The notes: generated by a model from the letters alone, not told the origin. A stretch of 64,000 nucleotides of DNA from Alphaproteobacteria bacterium (GCA_045560915.1 JBJKYT010000050.1:9926-73925), one strand, 5' to 3'. Counted from the first letter of the stretch, positions 1 through 9,460 are shown. Translations and numbers: made by a program.

Positions 1-2
1 AT

Positions 3-461
3 AAAAAATATACTAATATAGCCTCAATAGAGATGTTTGAGGCAGTTGGAAAAAAATATTGGAAAGTTTTTTTTAATATTCTTAAAGAATCTCTTAGTGA
101 AGAAGGTTCTGCAGCACTTCAAATTATTACAATTAAAGATGAAAAAGCAGAATTTTATCAAAATAATCCTGATTTTATTCAACAATATATTTTTCCTGGA
201 GGAGTTCTTCCCTCAAAGAAACAATTAAAAGATATTAATTTTCAATTAGGATTAAATATCAATGAAATACACAATTTTAGTAACTCTTATGTTCAAACTT
301 TAAATATTTGGAATAATAAATTTCAAAATTCATGGCCTCAAATAGCTTCTCAAGGATTTAAAGATAAATTTAAAAAAATGTGGGAATATTATTTTTCTTA
401 TTGTGAAGTTGGATTTACAGAAGGAACAACTGATGTATCACATTTTATAATAACAAAATAA
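3..461 (+). CDS. cfa: Cyclopropane-fatty-acyl-phospholipid synthase-like SAM-dependent methyltransferase, C-terminal part (5' end lies outside the window)
   Basis: Frame 3 is open from nt 3 with no upstream stop. The translation ...SIEMFEAVGKKYW.., FIQQYIFPGGVLPS and WEYYFSYCEVGF matches the C-terminal half of the CFA-synthase family. Confidence 0.75.
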   Translation, partial: KKYTNIASIEMFEAVGKKYWKVFFNILKESLSEEGSAALQIITIKDEKAEFYQNNPDFIQQYIFPGGVLPSKKQLKDINFQLGLNINEIHNFSNSYVQTLNIWNNKFQNSWPQIASQGFKDKFKKMWEYYFSYCEVGFTEGTTDVSHFIITK

Positions 462-468
462 TCTAGAA

Positions 469-1011
469 TTATAAAGTTACTGTTTCAGTTTTTTTTCTTG
501 ATCTATTAAGAGATTTTTCTAATTCTTCATAAGTACATAGACCTATATCCATAGGACTTTTAGATTCTAATACTGCTTCTCTATAGGTTCCATTTCTAAT
601 GGCTTCAACTGTGTTCTTTGTGGAACCGGTTAGTTTAGCTATTTGAGAACTACTTAACTCATTAGGATATCTTTTAATGAGCCAAAGAATAGCATAAGGT
701 TTTTCTTGTCTCAAAGAAATAGGGGTATATTTAGTATCTTTTTTTCTAGGTGGTAGTTCATCTATTGTTTTTGAGCTTATAAGAACTAAACTGGCTTCAG
801 GATCATTTTCACATCTATTAATTTCCTCTTTAGTTAATTGATTATTATCAATAGGATCATAGCCTTGCATACCATTTGCTACATCTCCATCAGCAATACC
901 TTGAACTTCTAGTTCATGTAATCCACAAAAGTTTGCAATTTGAAGAAAAGATAATCCAGTATTTTCTATCAACCATATGGCAGTTGCTTTTGGCATAAGA
1001 GGTAAAGTCAT
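469..1011 (-). CDS. DUF1013-family protein (TrcR-like alphaproteobacterial cell-cycle regulator family)
   Basis: 180-aa ORF. The N-terminus MTLPLMPKATAIWLIENTGLSFLQIANFCGLHELEVQGIADGDVA is the hallmark conserved block of alphaproteobacterial DUF1013 proteins. Confidence 0.8.
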   Translation of the reverse strand: MTLPLMPKATAIWLIENTGLSFLQIANFCGLHELEVQGIADGDVANGMQGYDPIDNNQLTKEEINRCENDPEASLVLISSKTIDELPPRKKDTKYTPISLRQEKPYAILWLIKRYPNELSSSQIAKLTGSTKNTVEAIRNGTYREAVLESKSPMDIGLCTYEELEKSLNRSRKKTETVTL

Positions 1012-1082
1012 AATTAGGTCTATAAATTAAAAAATATTTAATACAAACACAAACCTAATAAATATATATAAATTTATTAATT

Positions 1083-1265
1083 ATGAGTAATTTTATTGAA
1101 TTTGATGAAAATACCAAAGCTATAAAGTCTATTAGTCTTGAAGATTTTAGCGTTGAAGATTTAGAGGAATATATTCTAAATTTGGTTAATGAACAGGAAA
1201 GAGCAAAAGAAGAAATAAAAAAAAGGTTAAAAACTAAAGAAGAAGCACAAAAATTTTTTAAATAA
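1083..1265 (+). CDS. DUF1192-like small coiled-coil protein
   Basis: 60-aa ORF divergent from the DUF1013 gene. The motif LSVEDLEEYI..L..E..R...EI.KR resembles alphaproteobacterial DUF1192. Confidence 0.6.
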   Translation: MSNFIEFDENTKAIKSISLEDFSVEDLEEYILNLVNEQERAKEEIKKRLKTKEEAQKFFK

Positions 1266-1269
1266 AAAA

Positions 1270-1497
1270 TTATTTGCCTATTTTAATATTTTTAAATCTT
1301 TTTTCAAATCTAGCCACTTGCCCTTCAGAGTCGTTGATGTTTGCTTTACCGCCAGTCCAAGCAGGATGGGTCTTTGGATCAATTTCTAGTTTAAGAGTAT
1401 CTGAAGCCTTACCCCAAGTAGAACGAGTTTTAAATTTTGTTCCATCAGTCATTTCGACTTCAATTTCGTGATAATCTGGATGAATATTTTTTTTCAT
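1270..1497 (-). CDS. rpmE: 50S ribosomal protein L31
   Basis: 75 aa. [22 protein letters not shown] and HPAWTGG are canonical L31 blocks. Confidence 0.95.
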   Translation of the reverse strand: MKKNIHPDYHEIEVEMTDGTKFKTRSTWGKASDTLKLEIDPKTHPAWTGGKANINDSEGQVARFEKRFKNIKIGK

Positions 1498-1523
1498 TTT
1501 CGGTCCTTATAACTAAAAATTAT

Positions 1524-2306
1524 TTAAAGTAAAGTTAGTTTGTTTTGCATTTCTTCATGAATATTCGTATTTGTTGCAAGTATATCTCTAGATTCTGTGC
1601 CCCACTCATCACCATTTGGAAGAGTAATTTTTCCCCCAGCTTCTCTAACTAATATTACTCCTGAGCAAACATCCCAAATATTAAGATCTCTCTCCCAAAA
1701 ACCATCAAGTTTTCCTGAAGCAACAAAAGCTAAATCTAAAGATGCAGTTCCAATTCTTCTTAAACCACATGAGTTTTTTGAAATTATATCTATTTCACCT
1801 AAATAATTTTCATGGGCATTATCTGCGTAAGGAATTCCAGTGCCTATTAAACAGTTAATCATTTGATGTCTTTTAGAAACTCTTAATCTTTTGCTGTTAC
1901 ACCAAGCACCTTTACCTTTAGATGCCCAATAGAATTCGTTAAGAATTGGATTAAGAATTATTCCATCAGTTATCTCACCATTAATAATTCTTCCTATTAC
2001 AATTGATACAAAAGGAATACCATGTATAAAATTAGTTGTTCCATCTATAGGGTCTATAACAATAGTTTCTTCATTACCTTTAATTATACCTGTTTCTTCA
2101 GTTATATAAGTTGCATTAGGATAATAATATTGAAGAGTTTCAAGCAATATTTTTTCTGATTTAAGATCAGCATTAGTAACAAAATCTGATATTTTTTTTG
2201 ATTGAATTTGAAGATTTTCAATTTCTCCAAAATCACGCTTTAAATATTTACTTGCTTTTATAGCAGCTTTTTCAAAAATATTTATTATAGGAGGTTGATT
2301 TATCAT
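1524..2306 (-). CDS. suhB: Inositol monophosphatase family protein (SuhB-like)
   Basis: 260 aa. Contains the IMPase motifs ITEETG, VIDPIDGTTNFIHG and WDVCSG. Confidence 0.9.
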   Translation of the reverse strand: MINQPPIINIFEKAAIKASKYLKRDFGEIENLQIQSKKISDFVTNADLKSEKILLETLQYYYPNATYITEETGIIKGNEETIVIDPIDGTTNFIHGIPFVSIVIGRIINGEITDGIILNPILNEFYWASKGKGAWCNSKRLRVSKRHQMINCLIGTGIPYADNAHENYLGEIDIISKNSCGLRRIGTASLDLAFVASGKLDGFWERDLNIWDVCSGVILVREAGGKITLPNGDEWGTESRDILATNTNIHEEMQNKLTLL

Positions 2307-2307
2307 T

Positions 2308-2877
2308 CTAGGATTTTGATTTTTCTATATAATCAGAGCTTGTAGTACTAACAACTATTTCATCACCAACTTCTATAAAAGGTGGAACAGAAGTTTTGAT
2401 ACCTCTTTCTAAAGTTGCAGGTTTATATGAAGAAGCTGCAGTTTGTCCTTTAACGACTGCATCTGCTTCTATCACTTTTAAATTTACATGTTCAGGTAAT
2501 ATTATTGCAACTGGAATGGAATCATACATCTGCAATGTAATTTCTTGATTTTCTATTAAAAATTTTGATTGATCTTCACTTATTATATCTCCACCTATTT
2601 CAATTTGTTCATAATTTTTTGTGTTCATAAAATAAAATTTGTTTTCATCAAAATAAAGGTATTGATATTTTTTTTCATCTAGAATAACTCTTTCAACACT
2701 TTCAGATGAACGAAATCTTTCATTAGTTTTTGTCCCTTCTTTTAAAGCTTTCATTTCAACTTGAAGATAGGCTCCTCCTTTTCCTGGTTGAGTATGCTGA
2801 GTTTTTGTTACTCTCCAAAGTTTATTATTAACTTCTAATATATTTCCAATTTTTATTTGATTTCCTTCGATTTTCAT
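2308..2877 (-). CDS. efp: Elongation factor P
   Basis: 189 aa. KPGKGGA-type loop (HTQPGKGGAYLQVEMK) and OB-fold pattern. Only 1 nt separates it from suhB. Confidence 0.93.
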   Translation of the reverse strand: MKIEGNQIKIGNILEVNNKLWRVTKTQHTQPGKGGAYLQVEMKALKEGTKTNERFRSSESVERVILDEKKYQYLYFDENKFYFMNTKNYEQIEIGGDIISEDQSKFLIENQEITLQMYDSIPVAIILPEHVNLKVIEADAVVKGQTAASSYKPATLERGIKTSVPPFIEVGDEIVVSTTSSDYIEKSKS

Positions 2878-2929
2878 TTTTTCCTCTTTTATGAACTGAA
2901 TTTTATTATTTTTTATTAATATTTTAAAA

Positions 2930-3304
2930 TTATATTTTAGATTTCAGTGGATCTACTACACTAAATTGAGGATTTATTAAAACTTTATTTAATTTTGCTA
3001 TTTCTTTTATCTTACAAATATTTTCTTTTGACGTTTCAATTTTAATATAGTCTATTCCTTTTTCAACTAAACTTATAAATAAACCATAATTTTTTTTTAC
3101 ATCTACATATAATTTATAATTTTTAAGTTTTTTTTGAGTATTTAACATAACATCTAATGAATTTAGCCATTCTACGCCTAAATCACTTATTAATTTATTA
3201 TTTATAAATAATACTGGTTTGATATTTTTGTTATTACAAGTTTTTATAATTTCTGCAGTATGATTATAGTTAGTAAAAGAAAAACAATAATTTTTTAATT
3301 TCAC
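2930..3304 (-). CDS. Hypothetical protein, 124 aa, directly abutting the stop codon of gap
   Basis: The ORF start at 3304 abuts the gap stop at 3305. I recognised no family motif. Confidence 0.5.
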   Translation of the reverse strand: MKLKNYCFSFTNYNHTAEIIKTCNNKNIKPVLFINNKLISDLGVEWLNSLDVMLNTQKKLKNYKLYVDVKKNYGLFISLVEKGIDYIKIETSKENICKIKEIAKLNKVLINPQFSVVDPLKSKI

Positions 3305-4312
3305 TTATAAAAATTTTTTTAGACTTATTAAAGTATCTATCATTCTATTTGAAAAACCCCATTCGTTATCATACCAAGATAAAACTCGACAAAATTTATC
3401 TCTAACGACTTGTGTTTGGGTTAAATCGAAAATTGAACTACTTGGATTGTGATTAAAGTCTATTGAAACAAGAGGCAGATTATTCACTGTTAAAATCCCT
3501 TTAAGATTTTTTGTTTTCGAAGCTTTTATCATAGAATGATTTATAAGATCTACTGAAGCCTTTTTTTTACTTGAAAATGTGAAGTCAATTAGAGAAACAT
3601 TGGGAGTAGGAATCCTAATTGCTGTTCCATCAAGTTTTCCTTTTAATTTTGGTAAAACTAAACTTAGAGCTTTAGCAGCTCCTGTAGAAGTTGGTATCAT
3701 TGAACTAGTTGCTGTTCTGGCTCTTCTCAAATCACTATGAGTTTGATCTAAGGTTCTTTGATCTCCAGTAAAGCTATGAACAGTAGTCATAAAACCAGCT
3801 TCTATACCTAATACTTTATCTAAAACCATAGCCACAGGTGCTAAACAATTTGTGGTACAAGAACCATTTGAGATAATATTGTGTTTCTTGTTTAAGATAT
3901 TGTTATTTACTCCTTGAACAATTGTTGCATCTACGTCCTTAGCAGGAGCGGAAATAATAACTTTTTTTGCACCAGCTATAATATGTGAGTGAGATTTTTC
4001 CTTAGAAGTAAAAACCCCGCTACATTCCAATACCACATCAACACCTAACTTTTTCCATGGTAATTTAGCTGGATCTCTTTCTGAGCAAAAAATAATATTT
4101 TTATCATTATATTTTATGCCTTTGTTGCTTTTATATAATTTTGTTTTTAATTCTCCGTGAGTACTATCAAAATTAACTAAATGGAGACTAGATTCTAATG
4201 AACCTAATTCATTTATAGCTACAATTTGCACATTTTTTAAATTTTTTTCAATTATAGCTCTAAAAACTAATTTACCAATTCTTCCAAATCCGTTAATCGC
4301 AACTTTTACCAT
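3305..4312 (-). CDS. gap: Glyceraldehyde-3-phosphate dehydrogenase
   Basis: 335 aa. NGFGRIGK NAD-binding motif, SCTTNCLAP active site and WYDNEWGFSNR C-terminus. Confidence 0.97.
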   Translation of the reverse strand: MVKVAINGFGRIGKLVFRAIIEKNLKNVQIVAINELGSLESSLHLVNFDSTHGELKTKLYKSNKGIKYNDKNIIFCSERDPAKLPWKKLGVDVVLECSGVFTSKEKSHSHIIAGAKKVIISAPAKDVDATIVQGVNNNILNKKHNIISNGSCTTNCLAPVAMVLDKVLGIEAGFMTTVHSFTGDQRTLDQTHSDLRRARTATSSMIPTSTGAAKALSLVLPKLKGKLDGTAIRIPTPNVSLIDFTFSSKKKASVDLINHSMIKASKTKNLKGILTVNNLPLVSIDFNHNPSSSIFDLTQTQVVRDKFCRVLSWYDNEWGFSNRMIDTLISLKKFL

Positions 4313-4313
4313 T

Positions 4314-6290
4314 TTATTTTATTCTTTCTTTAATTAGTTTAGTCAATGCTTTTGAAGTTATTTCAAAATGTTCAAATAATTCTTTATATGGACCGCTAGC
4401 TCCAAAAGACTTCATACCTATAAAGTTTTCATTTGAAACATATTTTTCCCATCCATTTACTGCCCCAGCTTCAATGGCAAATAGTAATTTATTTCCTAAA
4501 ATTTCCATTTTTTCTTTTTTACTCTTTTTATCAAAAATTTCCCAACTAGGAAAAGAAATAACCCTAATATTTATATTTTCACTAGATAAAATTTTTGAAC
4601 TTTCACATGCTATCTCTACTTCTGATCCAGTGGCTAAAATAGTTCCTTGGTAATTTTCAAAATCAATTATAGGGTATGCTCCACTTTCAACTATATTTAT
4701 ATCATTATTTGTTCTAAGCATTGGAAGATTTTGTCTAGTTAAGACAATTACACAGGGAGATTGTGATTCCAGAGCATATTGCCAAGCTTCAATAGTTTCA
4801 ATAATATCTGAAGGTCTAATAACTGTTAAATTAGGTATTGCTCTAAGTGAAGCTAAATGCTCCACAGGTTGATGTGTGGGACCATCTTCACCAAGACCTA
4901 TGGAATCATGAGTCATTATATAAATTATAGGTAAATTCATTAACGCAGCCAATCGAATAGAAGGTCTACAATAATCAGTAAAGACTAAAAAAGTACCACC
5001 ATATGGTCTTAAGCCCCCATGTAAAGCCAAACCATTCATTATGGCTGCCATACCGTGCTCTCTAATTCCATAATAGATATATGATCCTTTAAAATCATTT
5101 TTACTAATATGGGCCATATTTTTTGTCTTAGTATTATTAGATCCAGTTAAATCAGCTGACCCTCCTACTAAATTTTCTAGCTCAGATGAAAAAAATTCTA
5201 TTGCTGTCTCACTTGCTTTTCTTGAAGCGCAGTTGGTTTTTTCTTTAAAATGTTTATTTTTAAATACTTTTAATTTGTCAATTATTTCATCTGATAAATT
5301 CTTTGAAAAAAAATCTTTATATTTTTTTGAAGAAATTGTATTTGCATTTTTGTCCATCCAATTTTGTCTAATTGTTTTATTCTTTATGGAAAAACTTCTC
5401 CATTTTGAAAGCATATCATCTGGAATTTCAAAACTATCAAAATTCCAATCTAAGTTTTTTCTAGTTAATTTAATTTCATCTTCTCCTAGAGGGGAGCCAT
5501 GAGAAGAAGATTTAGATTCTTTATTAGGGGAACCAAAACCTATTTTTGTTTTACACGCTATGATAGTAGGTTTTTCATTTTTTTTTGCTTTAATAATAGC
5601 TCTAGAAATTTCTTCATGATTATGCCCATCTATACTTATAGTATTCCATCCATACGACTCATATCTTTTTATTGTATTGTCAGAATTACTAAGTTCAGTT
5701 GAACCATCAATTGAAATAGAATTGTCGTCAAAAAAAACAATTAATTTTGATAACCCTAAATGTCCTGCCAAACTAGAAGCCTCATGGCTCAGGCCTTCCA
5801 TTAAACATCCATCTCCTGCAAAAATATATGTATAATGATCAAATAAATCTTTCCCAAACCTATTTTGTAAAATTTTTTCAGCAAGAGAAAAACCTACACC
5901 GTTTGCTAATCCTTGAGATAAAGGACCTGTAGTTGTTTCAATTCCTGCTAGATCCCCATACTCTGGATGCCCAGCTGTTGGAGAGCCTAATTGTCGGAAG
6001 TTTTTTATATCATTTAAAGTTATGTCTTTATATCCTGTTAAATATAATAGAGCATATAGAAGCATTGATCCGTGACCATTTGAAATAATAAATCTATCTC
6101 GATCTATCCAATGCGGATCATCTGGATCAAATTTTAAATGCTCCTTAAATAGAACTGTAGCAATATCAGCCATACCCATAGGCATACCAGGATGCCCTGA
6201 TTTAGCTGCTTGAACCGCATCAATTGCAAGAAATCTAATGCAATTTGATAATTTTTCATTTTCTGATAAATTTTTAATATTAGAAGTCAA
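4314..6290 (-). CDS. tkt: Transketolase
   Basis: 658 aa. SGHPGMPMGMA, GDGCLMEG (TPP motif) and THDSIGLGEDGPTHQP blocks. Confidence 0.97.
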   Translation of the reverse strand: MTSNIKNLSENEKLSNCIRFLAIDAVQAAKSGHPGMPMGMADIATVLFKEHLKFDPDDPHWIDRDRFIISNGHGSMLLYALLYLTGYKDITLNDIKNFRQLGSPTAGHPEYGDLAGIETTTGPLSQGLANGVGFSLAEKILQNRFGKDLFDHYTYIFAGDGCLMEGLSHEASSLAGHLGLSKLIVFFDDNSISIDGSTELSNSDNTIKRYESYGWNTISIDGHNHEEISRAIIKAKKNEKPTIIACKTKIGFGSPNKESKSSSHGSPLGEDEIKLTRKNLDWNFDSFEIPDDMLSKWRSFSIKNKTIRQNWMDKNANTISSKKYKDFFSKNLSDEIIDKLKVFKNKHFKEKTNCASRKASETAIEFFSSELENLVGGSADLTGSNNTKTKNMAHISKNDFKGSYIYYGIREHGMAAIMNGLALHGGLRPYGGTFLVFTDYCRPSIRLAALMNLPIIYIMTHDSIGLGEDGPTHQPVEHLASLRAIPNLTVIRPSDIIETIEAWQYALESQSPCVIVLTRQNLPMLRTNNDINIVESGAYPIIDFENYQGTILATGSEVEIACESSKILSSENINIRVISFPSWEIFDKKSKKEKMEILGNKLLFAIEAGAVNGWEKYVSNENFIGMKSFGASGPYKELFEHFEITSKALTKLIKERIK

Positions 6291-6371
6291 TTTAGCCTGC
6301 TTTCTTAGCTTTTATACTAATTATTAATTTCAATAAAGTGACAATTTAAAAAAATAAAACTATAATTAGCT

Positions 6372-6575
6372 ATGGAGATAGAAAAAGAAATAAATGTTTT
6401 AAAAAAATCAATCAAAGAATTAGAGCAATTAGTTGAAGAATTGATTGCAAGTTTAGAAGCCCAAAAACTAAGAGTTTCCAATAAAGAAAAAATTATATCT
6501 CAATTAAAAGATGATATTAGAAGCAATATTGAAAAAATAGATGAAATAATTGAAGAATATCATGCCAATACTTAA
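6372..6575 (+). CDS. Small coiled-coil protein (DUF4164/ZapB-like) upstream of zapA
   Basis: 67-aa heptad-rich ORF in the position that alphaproteobacteria conserve immediately before zapA. Confidence 0.55.
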   Translation: MEIEKEINVLKKSIKELEQLVEELIASLEAQKLRVSNKEKIISQLKDDIRSNIEKIDEIIEEYHANT

Positions 6576-6936
6576 AACAGAAATTTTAGGATTAGAAATA
6601 GAAATCAGTTATGAAAAACAAGACTATGATAAATTAATTCATTTAATTGAAAAATTTAAAAAAAGATTGTCTCAATTTTCTAATGATGGAAGAGCGAGCT
6701 CTAATCAGATATTATTTCTTGCTGCATTAAAAACGGAAGATGAATTAGAGACTATGAAAAAACAAATTGATGTAGAGGCAAATAAAGAAATAATTTTATT
6801 AAAAAAAGAATTAGAAAAAATAAAATCTTCAAGTATTTCTAGTATTCAAGATAAAACTTCATCTATAATTGAAATTAAAGAAATAGAAAAAATAACAAGA
6901 TTAATTCAAGACAGAATAAAAGAATCAGTTAAATAA
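6562..6936 (+). CDS. zapA: Cell division protein ZapA-like
   Basis: MPILKTEILGLEIEISYEKQDYDKL... and ...ILFLAALKTEDEL fit the ZapA pattern. The ATG at 6562 is preferred over the TTG at 6550. Synteny with the 5-formyl-THF cyclo-ligase supports the call. Confidence 0.65.
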   Translation: MPILKTEILGLEIEISYEKQDYDKLIHLIEKFKKRLSQFSNDGRASSNQILFLAALKTEDELETMKKQIDVEANKEIILLKKELEKIKSSSISSIQDKTSSIIEIKEIEKITRLIQDRIKESVK

Positions 6937-7511
6937 TGAATCAGGATCTTGATCTTTTAAAAAAAATACAAAGAAAAGAACAATCTAAAAAGAGATTACT
7001 TATTGACACTTCTATTGTTTCAAATAACGCTTTTTATAATAAACTAACTAAAAATTATTGGTTTAATAGTAGCAAAATAGTAGCGAGTTTTTTATCAATC
7101 AAATCAGAAATTTCTACAGATGCCTTAAATCAATATTTATTAAGTTTAGGAAAAATTTTATGTTTACCTATAATAGAAAATAATAAAGAAATTCTTATAT
7201 TTAAAAGATATTGTATAGGTGATGAATTAAAAAAAGGGAAGTTTGGAGTAAGTGAGCCACTTAATTCTCAAACGTATTTACCCGATATAATTTTTGTTCC
7301 ATGTCTTGCTTTTGATGAAAATGGATTTAGGCTGGGTTATGGAGGAGGGTATTATGATAAATCAATTGCTAATTTATATTCAATAAAACATAAATTTATT
7401 AGTATTGGTGTAGCATATGAAGAGCAAAAAGTTAAAAATGTAGTACATGATAGTTTGGACCAAAAATTAAATTACATATTAACTGAAAAACAATTATATA
7501 ATATTTTATGA
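6936..7511 (+). CDS. 5-formyltetrahydrofolate cyclo-ligase
   Basis: 191 aa. The motifs VPCLAFDENGFRLGYGGGYYD and the C-terminal Q.l..i.TE are family signatures. The start overlaps the zapA stop (TAATG). Confidence 0.88.
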   Translation: MNQDLDLLKKIQRKEQSKKRLLIDTSIVSNNAFYNKLTKNYWFNSSKIVASFLSIKSEISTDALNQYLLSLGKILCLPIIENNKEILIFKRYCIGDELKKGKFGVSEPLNSQTYLPDIIFVPCLAFDENGFRLGYGGGYYDKSIANLYSIKHKFISIGVAYEEQKVKNVVHDSLDQKLNYILTEKQLYNIL

Positions 7512-8296
7512 AGATAATTTTTGTAGGCGATATAGTTGGTAAGTCTGGAAGAAACGCTATTGAAAAAAAGTTACCTATAATAATAAAAAAATTTAATCCT
7601 GATGTTATAATCGCAAATGGAGAAAATGCTGCATCGGGTTATGGCTTAACAAAAAAAATAGCTAATGAACTTTTTGAAATAGGAGTTGATGTTATTACTT
7701 TAGGCAATCATTCTTGGGATCAAAAAGAAATGTTATCATATATTGAAGAGTGTCCAAAAATAATTAGAGCCTTAAATTATCCTAATGGAGTTCCAGGACG
7801 GGGTGAATATAAAATAGAATTAGAGGATGGGAGAACAATAATTATTATTCAAGTTCTGTTGAGATTGTTTATGGGCTTATCTGTTGATGATCCTTTTTCA
7901 ATTATAGAAAAAAGATTAAAAAAAGAATTTTTAGGTTCTTCATGTAACGCAATCTTGATAGATATGCATGGAGAAACAACATCTGAAAAAAACGCTTTTG
8001 GTCATTTTGTTGATGGAAAGGTTTCAGCTGTTTTGGGTACCCATACTCATGTTCCAACTTCTGATGCTAGAATTTTAGATAATGGTACAGCATATCAAAC
8101 AGATGCTGGCATGACTGGTGATTACAACTCAGTCATTGGAATGGAAAAAGATAATCCCATTCATTTATTCACAAAAGGATATCGTTTAGATGGTCGTTTT
8201 GTTTGCGCCAATGGAGAAGGCAAATTATGTGGTTCATACATAGAAACTGATGATAAATCTGGATTAGCGTTAAAAATTGAAGCTTTTCAATTATAA
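7508..8296 (+). CDS. YmdB-like metallophosphoesterase (TIGR00282 family)
   Basis: 262 aa. Motifs MKIIFVGDIVG, ANGENAASG, TLGNHSWD, GTHTHVPT and DAGMTGD. Confidence 0.88.
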   Translation: MKIIFVGDIVGKSGRNAIEKKLPIIIKKFNPDVIIANGENAASGYGLTKKIANELFEIGVDVITLGNHSWDQKEMLSYIEECPKIIRALNYPNGVPGRGEYKIELEDGRTIIIIQVLLRLFMGLSVDDPFSIIEKRLKKEFLGSSCNAILIDMHGETTSEKNAFGHFVDGKVSAVLGTHTHVPTSDARILDNGTAYQTDAGMTGDYNSVIGMEKDNPIHLFTKGYRLDGRFVCANGEGKLCGSYIETDDKSGLALKIEAFQL

Positions 8297-8386
8297 TTTT
8301 GCACATATTGGACACAATATTAATATATTTAAATCAAGTAATTAAAATACTTTACTAATTACGAACTAAATATTTATATAAGAATT

Positions 8387-9133
8387 ATGGCAGGACATTC
8401 TAAATTTAAAAATATAATGCATAGGAAAGGCGCTCAAGATAAAAAGCGTGCTAAAACCTTTTCTAGGCTTGGCAAAGAAATTGCAGTAGCTGTAAAAACT
8501 GGCGGAGCCGATCCTGAAAGTAACATACGTCTGCGATCTGCTATCAATACTGCAAAAAATCTTAATATGCCTAAAGATAATATAGAAAGAGCTGTTAAAA
8601 AAGGTGAAGGAAATGATCCTGATTCAAATTATGAAGAAGTTAGATATGAAGGTTATGGCCCAGAAGGAACGGCAATAATAGTAGAAGCAATGACAAATAA
8701 TAAAAATAGAACAGCTGCAGAGATTAGATCAATATTTAGTAAATCTGGTGGCAATATGGGAGAGAGTGGAAGTGTAAGCTTTGGCTTTAAAAGATTAGGA
8801 GTTATTACTGTTGAAAAAAATTTAGCAACTGAAGAAGAAATTTTTGATTTTTCTATAGAAAACGGTTCAGAAGATTTAGAAGTAAATGAAGAGGATTATG
8901 TTATTTATTGTGAACAAACAATTCTACATATTTTAAATAATAAAATTGTTTCTAAATTTGGTTCAACAAAATCTGCAGACTTAATGTGGAAAAGCGATAC
9001 CTCGGTTGAAGTAGAAAAAGACTCTGCAGAAAAATTATTTAAGTTATTGAATGCACTTGAAGATAATGATGATGTTCAGGGCGTGTCTTCTAATTTTGAA
9101 GTAAGTGAAGAAACACTTGCTTCTTTAACATGA
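8387..9133 (+). CDS. yebC: YebC/PmpR-family DNA-binding transcriptional regulator
   Basis: 248 aa. MAGHSKFKNIMHRKGAQDKKRAK.F and YEGYGP blocks. Confidence 0.95.
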   Translation: MAGHSKFKNIMHRKGAQDKKRAKTFSRLGKEIAVAVKTGGADPESNIRLRSAINTAKNLNMPKDNIERAVKKGEGNDPDSNYEEVRYEGYGPEGTAIIVEAMTNNKNRTAAEIRSIFSKSGGNMGESGSVSFGFKRLGVITVEKNLATEEEIFDFSIENGSEDLEVNEEDYVIYCEQTILHILNNKIVSKFGSTKSADLMWKSDTSVEVEKDSAEKLFKLLNALEDNDDVQGVSSNFEVSEETLASLT

Positions 9134-9148
9134 TAAGAAAGGAATTTA

Positions 9149-9460
9149 ATGCCAGATAAAGCATGGAAAAAAAGAGAGAGAGATGTAGCTGGATATTTTA
9201 AAGGAATGAGAACCCCTTTAAGTGGAGGAAATGGGAAGGTAACAAGGGCAGATGTTATTCACGATAGTTTATTTATAGAATGTAAATTAAGAGCTAAGCA
9301 CACTGTAGTTTCTTTATGGGATGAAACAGCTAAATTAGCAAAAGAGGAGGGAAAAACGCCTGTTATAGCTTTGTGTGAAAAAAATAGACCAGGTTTCTGG
9401 GTTATGGTTCATAGTAGTGATTTAGATAAATTAGAAAAAATAAAAGGTGAAAAAAATTAA
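9149..9460 (+). CDS. Small putative PD-(D/E)xK nuclease, Hjc-like Holliday-junction-resolvase candidate
   Basis: 103 aa with an AAAGGA RBS 6-11 nt upstream. The residue pattern E10 (KRERD), SGG, D35 and E44-C-K46 (FIECK) mirrors the E..D..ExK catalytic arrangement of archaeal/phage Hjc. It occupies the ruvC slot between yebC and tolQ. Confidence 0.5.
   Translation: MPDKAWKKRERDVAGYFKGMRTPLSGGNGKVTRADVIHDSLFIECKLRAKHTVVSLWDETAKLAKEEGKTPVIALCEKNRPGFWVMVHSSDLDKLEKIKGEKN

Noticed and set aside
6372-6936. The 67-aa ORF and the 128-aa ORF as two halves of one frameshifted gene
   Set aside because: The small coiled-coil protein followed by ZapA is a normal two-gene arrangement in alphaproteobacteria. 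The ZapA-like sequence has its own ATG (6562) and a complete N-terminus, so no frameshift is needed.
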